NCBI GenBank assembly: GCA_963722305.1
Contig: CAVRKE010000001.1
Span: forward strand, 245,549 to 309,548
Direction: 5' to 3'
Length of the DNA: 64,000 nt
Source: Candidatus Levyibacteriota bacterium
GTDB taxonomy: Bacteria; Patescibacteriota; Microgenomatia; Levybacterales; UBA12049
Both the position numbers and the translations under genes were made by a program. Position 1 is the stretch's first letter. Every line of letters begins with the position of its first letter. Positions 17,813-27,918 of the stretch are shown here, one piece after another. Below the pieces are notes generated by a model. The model saw only the letters and a list, made by a program, of their open reading frames with translations. It did not search any database and was not told the origin of the DNA.

Positions 17813-18541
17813 GTGATCGTACTGCTTAAAATGTCTTCAAAAAAGTTAAATGTTCTAAGATTCGCTGTTGGGTATCCTGAAAACTGTAAATCATGGGTTT
17901 GGAGAATGTGGGTGAATGGTGATGATGTGTATTTAGGTGCTCGTAATGCTTTGCAAGCTTTTAAGGTTAGCTTACATAAATCAAACATTTGGAGAATAGC
18001 GTTTGTTGAGGAATTAAAGAGGGATAATCCCGAATCGGATAGAATAATTTTAAGATGGGAAAGGCCAGGTGAATTTGCTCCCGGATGGACACCTAGTATT
18101 GCCGTACTTGTTTCATCTATTGACGCAAAAAAACCATTTAAGAATATGAAGATTGAGGATTCGCGTATTCAATGGTTTGATCCTCCTTCATCAAAAAATA
18201 AGCTTATCTTTAAAGTTTTATTCTCAAAACCAGCAACTTCTGATGATGATTTCAAGAAGATAACTATCTCAGGGGATAAACTAGTTGGGAAGTTGCTCAA
18301 GAAATCAGGAGAAATTGCATGGCTAGTTTTACGAGAAGATCCATTAACTGAAATTGAAATAGGGAGAATAACAGACATCATGGAAAAAACAAAGATTCAT
18401 TTAGAAGAGGGTTCTTCGGATAACTCTTTAACAGATGCTACGCGTGCACTTTTGGTCGTTTCAGAGAGTAATCCATCATTTACTACGCAACCAACAATAC
18501 TTGATATTCCATTAGGCAAAGAAAATGTTGAAATACCATAG
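17813..18541 (+). CDS. hypothetical protein
   Basis: 242-aa ORF, no recognised motif. Confidence 0.45.
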   Translation: MIVLLKMSSKKLNVLRFAVGYPENCKSWVWRMWVNGDDVYLGARNALQAFKVSLHKSNIWRIAFVEELKRDNPESDRIILRWERPGEFAPGWTPSIAVLVSSIDAKKPFKNMKIEDSRIQWFDPPSSKNKLIFKVLFSKPATSDDDFKKITISGDKLVGKLLKKSGEIAWLVLREDPLTEIEIGRITDIMEKTKIHLEEGSSDNSLTDATRALLVVSESNPSFTTQPTILDIPLGKENVEIP

Positions 18542-18633
18542 TTAAAGATTTTTATAAGGACAAACGGGTTCTAGACCGAGATGCTCAGCTGCGTAGCCTC
18601 AAAGTCAATCCTATAGTTGAAAAAGCGGTATTT

Positions 18634-18843
18634 TTGTTATATACTGTATCCATGGAGAAATTAAGACCAAGTATCAAGACAGAAGTAATATCACATGCAA
18701 GGGAAATAGCTATTCTTGTTCCTTATATGGTGGTTGTTGCATTAGCTATGAATGCGGCTTTAAATGCCTTAGGAGTTCATTTAGATGAAAATGTTATAAT
18801 CGGTACATCAGCTGCAGTAGTGGTGGCATTAGGCAATCCATAA
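18634..18843 (+). CDS. small hydrophobic hypothetical protein
   Basis: 69 aa. Confidence 0.3.
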   Translation: MLYTVSMEKLRPSIKTEVISHAREIAILVPYMVVVALAMNAALNALGVHLDENVIIGTSAAVVVALGNP

Positions 18844-19332
18844 GAAGATAATTATTTTAGTTCCTATATAGTCCAATAAAGTTATCTTAAATAGCTGCAA
18901 AACAGGTTTGTATCATTCCCCTAGAGAAAGGTATACTGAAAACGGAGAGCCAGCGAAAATAGGTTTCGGGATAGTATTTTTACTATGCCCACTGTTAGAG
19001 CAACTGGTCTTCCCGGTAAGTAGAAAGCGATCTATTCCTGGTTGTGCTTGAAGGCACACATAACCAACAAGCATATCGTAGTACTTCCTAAGGCAAGACT
19101 TTTAAGCTCTCCTTTTCTTTCTTCTCTTTCTCTTCTTTCTTTAAGGCTTAAAAGAAAAGGAGGTGATGAAAATGATAGTTGTAGGCGTAGATGTCTCAAA
19201 AGACACCCTTGTTGCTGTGGCAATTGATAAATCAATACGAATAAAGCATTCATTTACCGTTAAGAATAACAAGGAAAGTATAATGGACCCCATAATCTGC
19301 ACAGTCACCTTAGACTAAGATAGAATAGTTCT

Positions 19333-19629
19333 ATGGATCAAAAAATACGCAGAATTCATCCACCGGCATTTAAAGCCAGAGTTGCTCTGGAGGCAATTAA
19401 GGAACAAAAAACAATTGCGGAGCTGTCAAGTATGTACGGTGTACATTCAACCCAAATAACGAAATGGAAACGCCGGGCGTTGGAGATTCTCTCGCAAGGG
19501 TTTTCAGAACATCTTATTCAACGGAAACGGGATGACCGTGAGCTGGTACAGGAATTGTATCGGCAAATAGGAAGATTAAAAGTCGAAGTAGACTTTCTTA
19601 AAAAAAAGATGGGCATCTTCGACGAGTAG
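19333..19629 (+). CDS. IS3-family transposase OrfA (HTH plus leucine zipper)
   Basis: AFKARVALEAIKEQKTIAELSSMYGVHSTQITKWKRR is an IS3 OrfA HTH; ends after an A8G run. Confidence 0.85.
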   Translation: MDQKIRRIHPPAFKARVALEAIKEQKTIAELSSMYGVHSTQITKWKRRALEILSQGFSEHLIQRKRDDRELVQELYRQIGRLKVEVDFLKKKMGIFDE

Positions 19630-20470
19630 GGATATCCTTACTCCCGGAGAAATTGCTCTGCACATTAACAAAACAGAAAGCGTATTACCAAAGAGTATAC
19701 GGGCTGATCTTCTGGATATTTCCAGATCAAGTTTGTACTATCAGCCAAGACCGGTTAAACCCGAGGCACTCATTTTAATGAACAGAATTGATGAGGTATA
19801 TACTGCCCACCCTTTTTATGGTTCAAGACGTATGGCAAAAGAGGTTGGTGTTAACAGAAAACAGGCACAACGCCTGATGCGTGAAATGGGCTATGAGGCA
19901 TTGTATCCGAAGCCTAATTTGAGTAAACCCGATAAACAACACATGTTCTATCCGTATTTACTCAAAGGAGTAGTTGCAGGATATCCAAATCATATCTGGG
20001 GCACAGATATTACGTATATTCGGATGAAACATGGGTTTGTATATTTAACTGCCTTTCTTGATTGGTTTACCAGATTTGTTGTTTCCTGGAAGCTCTCAAT
20101 TACCCTTGAAACAGACTTTTGTTTTGATGCTGCAACTGAAGCAATTGAGAAATTCGGAAGACCAACCATTATTAATGAAGATCAGGGATCACAAAATACC
20201 GATCATCTGATGACAGATCTCTGGGAAAATCACAATGTCAAAATCAGCATGGACTCACGGGGACGGGCACTGGACAATATCTTCACCGAGAGGTTATGGA
20301 GGAGTGTTAAATATGAAGAGGTATACTTAAAAGAATACGCTACTGTTTTGGAAGCAAAAGAAAACATTGAAAACTATTTTTACTTTTACAATTATGAAAG
20401 AAAACACCAATCGCTTAATTACAGAACACCGGCTGAAATATATTTTGGAAAGGAGGAAAACTTAGTCTAA
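19592..20470 (+). CDS. IS3-family transposase OrfB (DDE integrase core); reading frame is +1, not the canonical -1, relative to OrfA
   Basis: LDISRSSLYYQPR..., GTDITYIRMKHGFVYLTAFLDWFTRFVVSWKL, NEDQGSQNT (DDE). Confidence 0.85.
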   Translation, partial: TFLKKRWASSTSRDILTPGEIALHINKTESVLPKSIRADLLDISRSSLYYQPRPVKPEALILMNRIDEVYTAHPFYGSRRMAKEVGVNRKQAQRLMREMGYEALYPKPNLSKPDKQHMFYPYLLKGVVAGYPNHIWGTDITYIRMKHGFVYLTAFLDWFTRFVVSWKLSITLETDFCFDAATEAIEKFGRPTIINEDQGSQNTDHLMTDLWENHNVKISMDSRGRALDNIFTERLWRSVKYEEVYLKEYATVLEAKENIENYFYFYNYERKHQSLNYRTPAEIYFGKEENLV

Positions 20471-21578
20471 GTTTAGCCGTTTTACTGTGTTGACAATGGG
20501 GTCCACCTTAAAGTATCGATAAGTGGTTAAATGCTCTTCCGTACAAAAAGATGCTGCTCTCTTGTGAGGCAACTGCCGAATACCACAGGGTACTTGCACT
20601 TTTGGCTCTTTCTTCTAAAATACCATTGAGGTTATTAAATCCCATTGTGACTAAGCAATATACCAAAGCAACTGTTCGAAAGAGAAAAACTGACCCTCAA
20701 GACGCATTAACCATTGCTAAGCTGGCTCTTGCCGGAGAAGGAAGGCTGATAAGTACCCAAACTTTTCACATTGCCAAAACCCATGAGAGAACCGCCATAA
20801 AGCTAACACACATGAAACAGCGTCTTTTACTAATACAACAGCACGTACAAGAGGTAGATCCGGATGATACAGCTTCTTTTGAGGAGTTGCAGGTCTGTAT
20901 TGATACCATAGAACAGTCAATCAAAGCATTTAGGAAGAAAGCAGAAGAAGAGGTTGATTCAAAACTTGTTAAACTGCTTTGCTCTATACCGGGAGTGGGA
21001 GAAACAATAGCAACGGTACTTCTTGCGGAAATCGGAGATATTAATCAGTTCAAATCAGATAAAGCCCTCGTTGCTTATGCGGGATTGGATCCAAAGGTCA
21101 AACAATCAGGAGGAAGATTACACCATAATACCCATTTAACTAAAAGAGGCTCTCCTTACCTTAGACAGATGCTCTATACAGGAGCTTCTATTGCACAACG
21201 GCATGATAAGGAACTTAAGGCGTATTACGAGAAGAAGAGAGCTGAGGGAAAGAGGTACAAAGAAGCAACCATTGCGGTATCAAGAAAACTGCTCAATAGA
21301 GTATATGCAGTTTTAAAAAGGCAGACACCTTATATACCTGGATGAGATACATCGGTAACACTTTGAGACCAGGGGTCTTGACAAAAGATTCCTGGTCTCT
21401 AACGTCCCTCTTTCGCCAAAGGCTTCAGAAGGACAGACGTCTCCATTCGGCTTCGCTTTAGATTTCTCCTTCGATACTCTCAGGATTTCACTTCGTTCAA
21501 AATTCGCTCAATACATGAATAAATTCAGTATCTCTATGAATCTCGACATTCCTCGATGCGGATAAATATTTAGAAAAA

Positions 21579-22556
21579 TTATTGATTGTTGATTAAAGAC
21601 ACGAGGTGATCCAAAAGTTCTTGGTAATCACACATCGCAAGACATATTCCCTGGTCGCCTGATCCATAGTACACATAAAGATTTTCTCCAAAAACCACGG
21701 CGCCTTCCGGGAATGCAACATGATTTACTATCCCATGCAGCTCACGTTCTGTTTCCGGTTTTAAGAGATAGTCAACATTTGCCAAGATCTTTCTTGGATC
21801 ATGTAAATCTAAGAGTGCCGCACTTATTGACCATTCGGGATAGTCACCAACTTGACTAATCGCGCTATAAATAAACAGCCATCCATGAGGCGTTTTAAGA
21901 GGTACTGCTCCTACTTCATTTCCTCTGCCCTCACTTGGTCTAAAAACTACATGGTCTTCATATTCTTCATTCACGATTCGGTTCATTCTTTCTTTCGAGG
22001 GGAAAAATACGTCATAAAGATCATCAAATTGAGCCATCATAATGGTCGCTTTTGGACTCTCCAGCTCAAAAGTAAAAAGCATGGTGTATTTTCCATTAAT
22101 TTTTTCAGGGAAAAGGCAACCAGCTTTTGAAAAAAGATCCGGCCCTATCAATCCGTGTTTGTTCCAGTGAACAAAATCCTTACTGGTAGCAAGAGCCATT
22201 CTTACCTTTTGTTCATGTCCCGCGCCCCCTACAGCTGTATAATAGAGATAATAAACACCGTCAATTTTGGTTATTCTTGGATCCTCGCATCCCAAACCGT
22301 TCTCATAGCTTTCTGTGGGAGAAAGTATAGGTTCTTCAAATCTTTCAAAATGCATTCCGTCAACGCTTTCTGCATATCCCAAAGAGGACATGTACGCACC
22401 TTCAATGTCGGGATGGACGTCATTGGTTGCACGGTATACCATTCGAAAGAACCCATTTTCATAAAAGACCCCAGGATTTAGAACTGATCCTTTTTCCCAA
22501 TCATGCTCTGGATCTCTCTCTAAAATCGGATCCCCCCGAAATCGTCTTAGTTTCAT
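21579..22556 (-). CDS. glycoside hydrolase family 130 (beta-mannoside phosphorylase-like)
   Basis: DPILERDPEHDWEKGSVLNPGVFYENGFFRMVYRA; five-bladed-propeller-like repeats typical of GH130/DUF377. Confidence 0.75.
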   Translation of the reverse strand: MKLRRFRGDPILERDPEHDWEKGSVLNPGVFYENGFFRMVYRATNDVHPDIEGAYMSSLGYAESVDGMHFERFEEPILSPTESYENGLGCEDPRITKIDGVYYLYYTAVGGAGHEQKVRMALATSKDFVHWNKHGLIGPDLFSKAGCLFPEKINGKYTMLFTFELESPKATIMMAQFDDLYDVFFPSKERMNRIVNEEYEDHVVFRPSEGRGNEVGAVPLKTPHGWLFIYSAISQVGDYPEWSISAALLDLHDPRKILANVDYLLKPETERELHGIVNHVAFPEGAVVFGENLYVYYGSGDQGICLAMCDYQELLDHLVSLINNQ

Positions 22557-22650
22557 ATAACTATTGTAGCAGTAATTTAATTATCAAGTAAACTAGTACT
22601 AATTAATTTCTTATGATAGTTAGCAAAAAAGACCATTAACGATTTATATT

Positions 22651-24048
22651 CTATAATTGTTTTTTTAAAATTTCCGGAAAGTTGTCAAAAACAGTTAAAA
22701 TTAATTCCCCAAACAGTGAATTAACCCATGCAAACCAGTGACGGGTATAGCGATACGCGTCATCTACATCGACGCTTTCATGTATATAAAAGGTTTTCCC
22801 ATGTGTCCTTTTGAGAGTGGCTAGACACTCTAAGATTTCCGTTTCATCTTTAGTAGTGAGCGCTTGCATAATTGTTGCCATCGGCCAAAAATGATCACAA
22901 ACGCCAACATGCGGGGAGGTTAACCCACAGGCAATCTGCCCTTTTGCGAAAAATGAATTCCACTCGGAAAGGATAAGCTTGCGCGTGTTTTGGTAAATCT
23001 CATTACTTAGGTCACAATATCCAAGATAGGGAAGACTTAATAGGCTTGGAATATTAGGATCATCCATAATGCAGCTTGAACCAAAACCGTCTACTTCATA
23101 CGCATAGATTTTGCCAAATTCTTTATGCTCTACTATTCCCCACTCAAAAATTCCGTTTTCAATCTGGTCGGAAAGAAGGTGAGAACGATTTAATAAATCG
23201 TTTGCTCCCAGCTCTTCAAAAATGAACTTCATTCTACGAAGGTTTACAACAGTCATTGCATTGGCAGGAATAATATATGGAAAAACTGTTTCATCATCAG
23301 ATGGTCGAAAGACACAGCGGGAAAGTCCGCAGCGTTTTGACGGATATCCATAACCACTAAGCCTTACAGCCGGATGAAGATGTCCCGAATGTGTTTTAAA
23401 TTGGAAAAGGAACTCGTGGTTGTCTTTATTTAAAGTATTTTGTTCTACATGAATTACTTGAAGAGCTTTATCAATAGCTTGAAGCCACTTACCATCAAAT
23501 GGAGATATGTCCTTTGTCACTTGATAATACCCGCAGGAGAGACGGAAAAATGCCGCCAGGCTGTCCAACTCGTACTTTCGTTCCCAGACCTCGGCTTTAT
23601 TGTCTTTCACATCACGTTTAAATGCATTCGCATAGGGATCGGAAAGAACACATAATGTTTGTCTATGAATAAGCCCGATAAAAAGTTTTTTGATTTCATC
23701 ATCTTTTTCGATAAAACGTAGTAAAGGCCACACTTGATTGACAGAGTCGCGAAGCCACATTGCCGGTATATCACCGGTTACAATAAATGTATCGGGTCTA
23801 CCTTCGCGATCTTGATGGTAAACAGTTGTATCAAGCGTATTCGGAAAACATTGTGCAAACATTCTGCGGATATCTTCGTCATTGATACCGGCAGAAACAA
23901 TTTCAATAGTTTTCTCTATAACATCACTGCGGAATAATCTGTCATGCGGTTCGGGCCTTGAATTTAAATGGGAAAAATTTTGCAGATCCCCGGGATTTTT
24001 ATATGGCATAATCTTATTGTATAGAAGAATTGAAACGTACGCAAGCAA
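22651..24048 (-). CDS. glycoside hydrolase family 125 (exo-alpha-1,6-mannosidase-like, DUF1237); true start probably MPYKNPG
   Basis: [12 protein letters not shown] motif characteristic of GH125. Confidence 0.65.
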   Translation of the reverse strand: MLAYVSILLYNKIMPYKNPGDLQNFSHLNSRPEPHDRLFRSDVIEKTIEIVSAGINDEDIRRMFAQCFPNTLDTTVYHQDREGRPDTFIVTGDIPAMWLRDSVNQVWPLLRFIEKDDEIKKLFIGLIHRQTLCVLSDPYANAFKRDVKDNKAEVWERKYELDSLAAFFRLSCGYYQVTKDISPFDGKWLQAIDKALQVIHVEQNTLNKDNHEFLFQFKTHSGHLHPAVRLSGYGYPSKRCGLSRCVFRPSDDETVFPYIIPANAMTVVNLRRMKFIFEELGANDLLNRSHLLSDQIENGIFEWGIVEHKEFGKIYAYEVDGFGSSCIMDDPNIPSLLSLPYLGYCDLSNEIYQNTRKLILSEWNSFFAKGQIACGLTSPHVGVCDHFWPMATIMQALTTKDETEILECLATLKRTHGKTFYIHESVDVDDAYRYTRHWFAWVNSLFGELILTVFDNFPEILKKQL

Positions 24049-24135
24049 TTTTATGAAAAATAATATTGTAATATTTTAGCCTCAAAACCGAGACATCACC
24101 TTAATGATATAATAGTTCCAGTAAAGGACAGTAAT

Positions 24136-24852
24136 ATGAAAAGAAGTTTATTAACTTTCTTAATTATTTTTCTAACAAGCATCGTTTTTCTGGCAATTGG
24201 AAAAGCTGCTGTTTTTGCCTTTACCGGCGGGCCGGTAAACCCTTATTCGTTTAGTGCAACTCCCGGAAGACAAGTGGGAACTGTTAGCTTAACCTGGTAT
24301 GACGATGGAAACGAAAATCAATTTAATCTTTTATACGGCACTAATCCCTCCAATTTTCAGTTTGGTGAAGTGGCTTTACCGGATATTCACAATTCAACCA
24401 ACACCTTTACGGTTGGTTATTTAACCCCGGGTACAACCTATTATTTTTCACTTATCGGCATTAACGGCGGCAGTACTTATTCGTCAGGCCCGGTGATGGC
24501 TGTGGCTTCTACGGGCAATAGCTCTTCATTAAGCGCTAGCCAGTCTCTGCTTAATTCCTTAAATACCCAGTCTACTATTCCTTATGATTTTCGCGTCGGC
24601 CAAACTGCTCCCGGAACAGTGACGCTTATTTGGACCGATAACCAAACGGCCAACCGCTATGATATTGTCTATGGCACCACTCCGGGAAATTATGTTTATG
24701 GAGCACAAAACGTTCCCTTTACACCAAATAATGCCAGTGTCTATTCCATCGGATATTTACAACCAAATACGATTTATTATTTTGCGTTGGTGGCGGAAAA
24801 AGATGGTAATGTAGTGGAGTGGACAAATCCGGTTGCCGCCCTGACAAAATAA
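24136..24852 (+). CDS. secreted protein with two fibronectin type III-like repeats
   Basis: Signal peptide; repeated ...GTTYYFSLIGING... and ...NTIYYFALVAEKDG... modules. Confidence 0.55.
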   Translation: MKRSLLTFLIIFLTSIVFLAIGKAAVFAFTGGPVNPYSFSATPGRQVGTVSLTWYDDGNENQFNLLYGTNPSNFQFGEVALPDIHNSTNTFTVGYLTPGTTYYFSLIGINGGSTYSSGPVMAVASTGNSSSLSASQSLLNSLNTQSTIPYDFRVGQTAPGTVTLIWTDNQTANRYDIVYGTTPGNYVYGAQNVPFTPNNASVYSIGYLQPNTIYYFALVAEKDGNVVEWTNPVAALTK

Positions 24853-24857
24853 ATAGA

Positions 24858-25448
24858 ATGAGAACTTCTCGTTATTTTCTTTCTTTGTTTATTCTCCTTG
24901 TCTTTCTGATTAGTGGTTTTCTATTTTTGTCGCATAACCAGCCACCAACCGAAAAAACTTCTTCTTCGCCGACGCCAATGGTCATTGGCACTTCTACCAG
25001 TTCCTTAAATAGTAAATGCCATGCGATACACATTAACTCGGTGGATCCGCAGGCTTATCTGCCCGACCCGGTCTGTACTCCCGGAGTGATTGATCCGGCG
25101 GTCACCCAAGCCAATCTTTTTACGACCATTTGCCATGCCGGCTATACCGAAACGGTCCGGCCGCCGGTTTCCTATACTAATTCCTTGAAAAAGCAGCAAA
25201 TCATAGATTATGGGTACGAAGATACAAATATGAAAGACTATGAAGAAGACCATTTTATTTCGCTGGAACTTGGCGGCAGTCCGACCGACCCTCAGAATCT
25301 TTGGCCCGAACCCCATCCGTCTCTTAATGAAAAAGATACGGTTGAAAATTATCTGCATGACCAGGTCTGCTCCGGAAAAATCTCCCTGTCTCTGGCTCAG
25401 CAGGAGATTACCAAAAACTGGTATCAGATTTATCAAGAAATTCACTAG
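24858..25448 (+). CDS. membrane-anchored HNH endonuclease domain protein
   Basis: N-terminal TM; EEDHFISLELGGSPTDPQNLWPE matches the HNH DH..GG...N pattern. Confidence 0.45.
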   Translation: MRTSRYFLSLFILLVFLISGFLFLSHNQPPTEKTSSSPTPMVIGTSTSSLNSKCHAIHINSVDPQAYLPDPVCTPGVIDPAVTQANLFTTICHAGYTETVRPPVSYTNSLKKQQIIDYGYEDTNMKDYEEDHFISLELGGSPTDPQNLWPEPHPSLNEKDTVENYLHDQVCSGKISLSLAQQEITKNWYQIYQEIH

Positions 25449-25464
25449 GGATATTAATTTTAAG

Positions 25465-25713
25465 ATGTTTTACGTTTATATTCTCAGGACTTCTGCCAAC
25501 ACTTTGTATATTGGCCAAACCAATAATTTGGAGCGGCGGATGAAAGAACATAAAAGCAAAAATTCCCAATCCGCCAAATACCTGCAGCGTTTCACCTCGT
25601 ATGAATTAGTCTATTCCGAAAAACACAAAACCAGAAAATCTGCGATGCGGCGCGAGGCATATCTCAAGACCTGGACAAAAGAGAGAAAAGAAAAATTGAT
25701 TCAAGGACTATAG
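25465..25713 (+). CDS. GIY-YIG nuclease domain protein
   Basis: MFYVYILRTSANTLYIGQTNNLERRMKEHK; internal start within the longer ORF. Confidence 0.7.
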   Translation: MFYVYILRTSANTLYIGQTNNLERRMKEHKSKNSQSAKYLQRFTSYELVYSEKHKTRKSAMRREAYLKTWTKERKEKLIQGL

Positions 25714-25749
25714 TGCCGAGCGAAGCTGAGGGGAAAATAACCAACTCGA

Positions 25750-26412
25750 TTACAAATTATATTTACCTCTCACCAGTTCTTTTTTGAGCGAATCTGAGCT
25801 CTTAAAAGAAATGTTATGTTCTAAGTATTGAATTAATCCATCTTTTTTTAACTTATTTAATACAACACTGGCAGTCTCTCTGGTTACTCCGACCAAAGTA
25901 GCAATATCCTGATGAGTAAACTTATGATGAATAACAGTTCTTCTGCGTGTTTTCTCGCCAAGATGCTTCCCAAGATACAACAACTCCGCAATAACTCTCT
26001 TATAGGCGCTGCTATATGCCAGATATTCCATACGGACTTGAGTTTCTTCGTAATCGTCTAGAAGTTCGCTCATTAAATCAAAAATTATTTGTGGCTTATC
26101 TCGGATAAATGTTACCACTTTTTCTCTTGGAGCACGCCAGACTTCAATATCGGTCATGGCTTCGTAATTGTAAACATTTTGCGTACCGTTGATTGCCCAA
26201 ACCATCGGAAAGTACGCAATCGGTTTTAATATCAATAGTGTCAGCTCTGTCCCTTCCGAGGTTATCGAGTACTTACGAACATATCCATTTATCAAACAAT
26301 AAATCCCTAGCGGGTCGTCATCCGCCCTGATGAGGATTTCTCCTTTTTTGTAATGGCGGGGCGTAAATTGTTTATAAAAATCCTCAAACTCTTTACGCTT
26401 AATTAAATCCAT
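25750..26412 (-). CDS. Crp/Fnr-family transcriptional regulator
   Basis: cNMP-binding-like N-terminus; C-terminal HTH HQDIATLVGVTRETASVVLNKLKKDGLI. Confidence 0.8.
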   Translation of the reverse strand: MDLIKRKEFEDFYKQFTPRHYKKGEILIRADDDPLGIYCLINGYVRKYSITSEGTELTLLILKPIAYFPMVWAINGTQNVYNYEAMTDIEVWRAPREKVVTFIRDKPQIIFDLMSELLDDYEETQVRMEYLAYSSAYKRVIAELLYLGKHLGEKTRRRTVIHHKFTHQDIATLVGVTRETASVVLNKLKKDGLIQYLEHNISFKSSDSLKKELVRGKYNL

Positions 26413-26413
26413 G

Positions 26414-27586
26414 AGACCGTTGCATTTTGGTCACCTGAAAGAGGGTATTTAGATTGTTCTAACAAACAAAAGCAGTAATTCCACTCAGTGAGAATTGTCT
26501 TTGTTGATGATATACTCCTTGAGTGAAAAAAAACAGCATCTTACAGATGTCCCCACTGCGAAAGCCAAAATACTATCCGTAAAGGAGTAAGAAGAGGAAA
26601 AATTAAATATGTTTGTAGAAAGTGTAATAAATGGTTTCAGATAAATAGGATAAAGAAAAACTCCACTGGAAAATTGCTGTTTGCTCATCTGACCGGAGTA
26701 TCTTTCCGCTCCTTAGGAGAAACCTACCAAATTGACCCATCTACTGCCTACAGACGCTGCCTTAAGGAATTAGGAGAGCTCCCTCATTTAGCAGACGTAA
26801 CAAGAAAATACTGCAGTAAGTTCTGTGGGATATTAGTGGTTGATGGAAAATATATTAAAGTGAAGGGATACGAAAGAAAGATTCCGGTTTTGTATGGGAT
26901 TGATTACCTTACTCATGATATCCCAACATATATTTTCTCCCAATCTGAAAGCTACCAAACTTGCCGGACGTTTTTCAACTCCTTACGATTATTGAATTAT
27001 CCTTTACAGGCCATTGTTTCTGATGACAATGCCAATATCTATGATGCCTGTGTGTCAGTATATCCTAAAGTGCTTACTCAACTTTGCCATAATCACTACA
27101 AGGAGAATATCAGGACAACTCTTGGAGTCAGAACTGATACAACATATCTTCCTTTTATGCAGAGAATAGAAGACTTGTTCTCTCACAAAAGAGCGGAAGA
27201 TGAATTCCTCACATTAGCCGCAAAACTGTATAATACCTACAAACATGATTCATTACTTTCTGCGATCCTTTTAGACATGCAAAGGAGATTACCGCAATTA
27301 AACACCTACATGAATAACAGAACTATTCCCACCACTACTAATCTGATTGAAAGTTACAACTCGCACTTAGAAGCCAGAGTAAAGCCGCTGAAAGGTTTTG
27401 AATCATTTAAACACGCTGATATGTGGTTAAATGCATATTTCTTAAGACGAAGACTGAAAGTCTTTACCGATTGTACCGCTAAATTCAGAATGTTAAATGG
27501 AACATCTTCACTTCAACAGACCATGAAAAACCCTGAGGAAATTGGAGAACTCTTGAGGCTATTCAGGTGACCGTTTTTGCAACGGT
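26414..27586 (+). mobile_element. IS1/IS1595-like insertion sequence (about 1.17 kb) with imperfect terminal inverted repeats sharing ACCGTTGCA and TCACCTG blocks (left GACCGTTGCATTTTGGTCACCTG, right CAGGTGACCGTTTTTGCAACGGT)
   Basis: Zinc-finger DDE transposase flanked by the inverted repeats; the left IR abuts the Crp start codon. Confidence 0.55.
26507..27570 (+). CDS. IS1/IS1595-like transposase with N-terminal zinc ribbon; needs a -1 frameshift at a GAA AAA AAA C site (A8 run 26526..26533) to join start ATG 26507 to the zinc-finger frame
   Basis: CPHCESQNTIRKGVRRGKIKYVCRKCNKWF zinc finger resembles IS1 InsA; DDE-like VVDGKYIKV, SDDNANIYDA and CHNHYKENI. Confidence 0.6.
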
Positions 27587-27673
27587 ATCTAAATCCATTG
27601 CCTTTGGCACTTCTATTTTAGCATAAACTGTCAACTAATTAAACATAGATAAAATTTACAAATTGATCTGCGA

Positions 27674-27877
27674 ATGTATAATACAGTTATGAAAGGGTTT
27701 TGGTATTTTGTTCCCAAATCCGGAGTGGCTTTTATTTTCTTAAGCGTTTTTTTTATCGCCGTCTGGAATATCTATAGGGACAACCTTGACCATCCCTACG
27801 TTTGGATTTTTACTCTTGAACTGATTTTGTTCGCTATTTGTTTTTTTATTGCCAACCGCGAAAGCAACTCGAATTAA
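27674..27877 (+). CDS. small membrane protein (hypothetical)
   Basis: 67 aa with two TM helices. Confidence 0.3.
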   Translation: MYNTVMKGFWYFVPKSGVAFIFLSVFFIAVWNIYRDNLDHPYVWIFTLELILFAICFFIANRESNSN

Positions 27878-27918
27878 AAAACACAAAATCAATCTCATCT
27901 GATGCTATAATTCTTGTT

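Larger units (their letters stand above)
19282..20511 (+). mobile_element. IS3-family insertion sequence (about 1.23 kb) with TG...CA imperfect terminal inverted repeats (TGGACCCCAT... / ...ATGGGGTCCA)
   Basis: orfA/orfB organisation, an A-run at the orfA/orfB junction, terminal IRs, and a flanking AAAGTAT direct repeat at 19275..19281 and 20510..20516. Confidence 0.8.
19172..21345 (+). pseudogene. IS110-family transposase gene interrupted by an IS3-family insertion (N-terminal 19172..19282, C-terminal 20512..21345)
   Basis: N-terminal MIVVGVDVSKDTLVAVAIDKS is the IS110 signature; the C-terminal part carries EATAEYH, DALTIAKL, IPGVGETIATVLLAEIGDINQFKSDKALVAYAGLDPKVKQSGG and TKRGSPYLRQMLY; joining 19282 to 20512 gives in-frame FTVKNNKESISIDKWLNALPYKKMLLSCEATAEYH. 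Confidence 0.75.

Noticed and set aside
26485-26688. 67-aa minus-strand ORF
   Set aside because: Antisense to the zinc-finger N-terminus of the IS1-like transposase.
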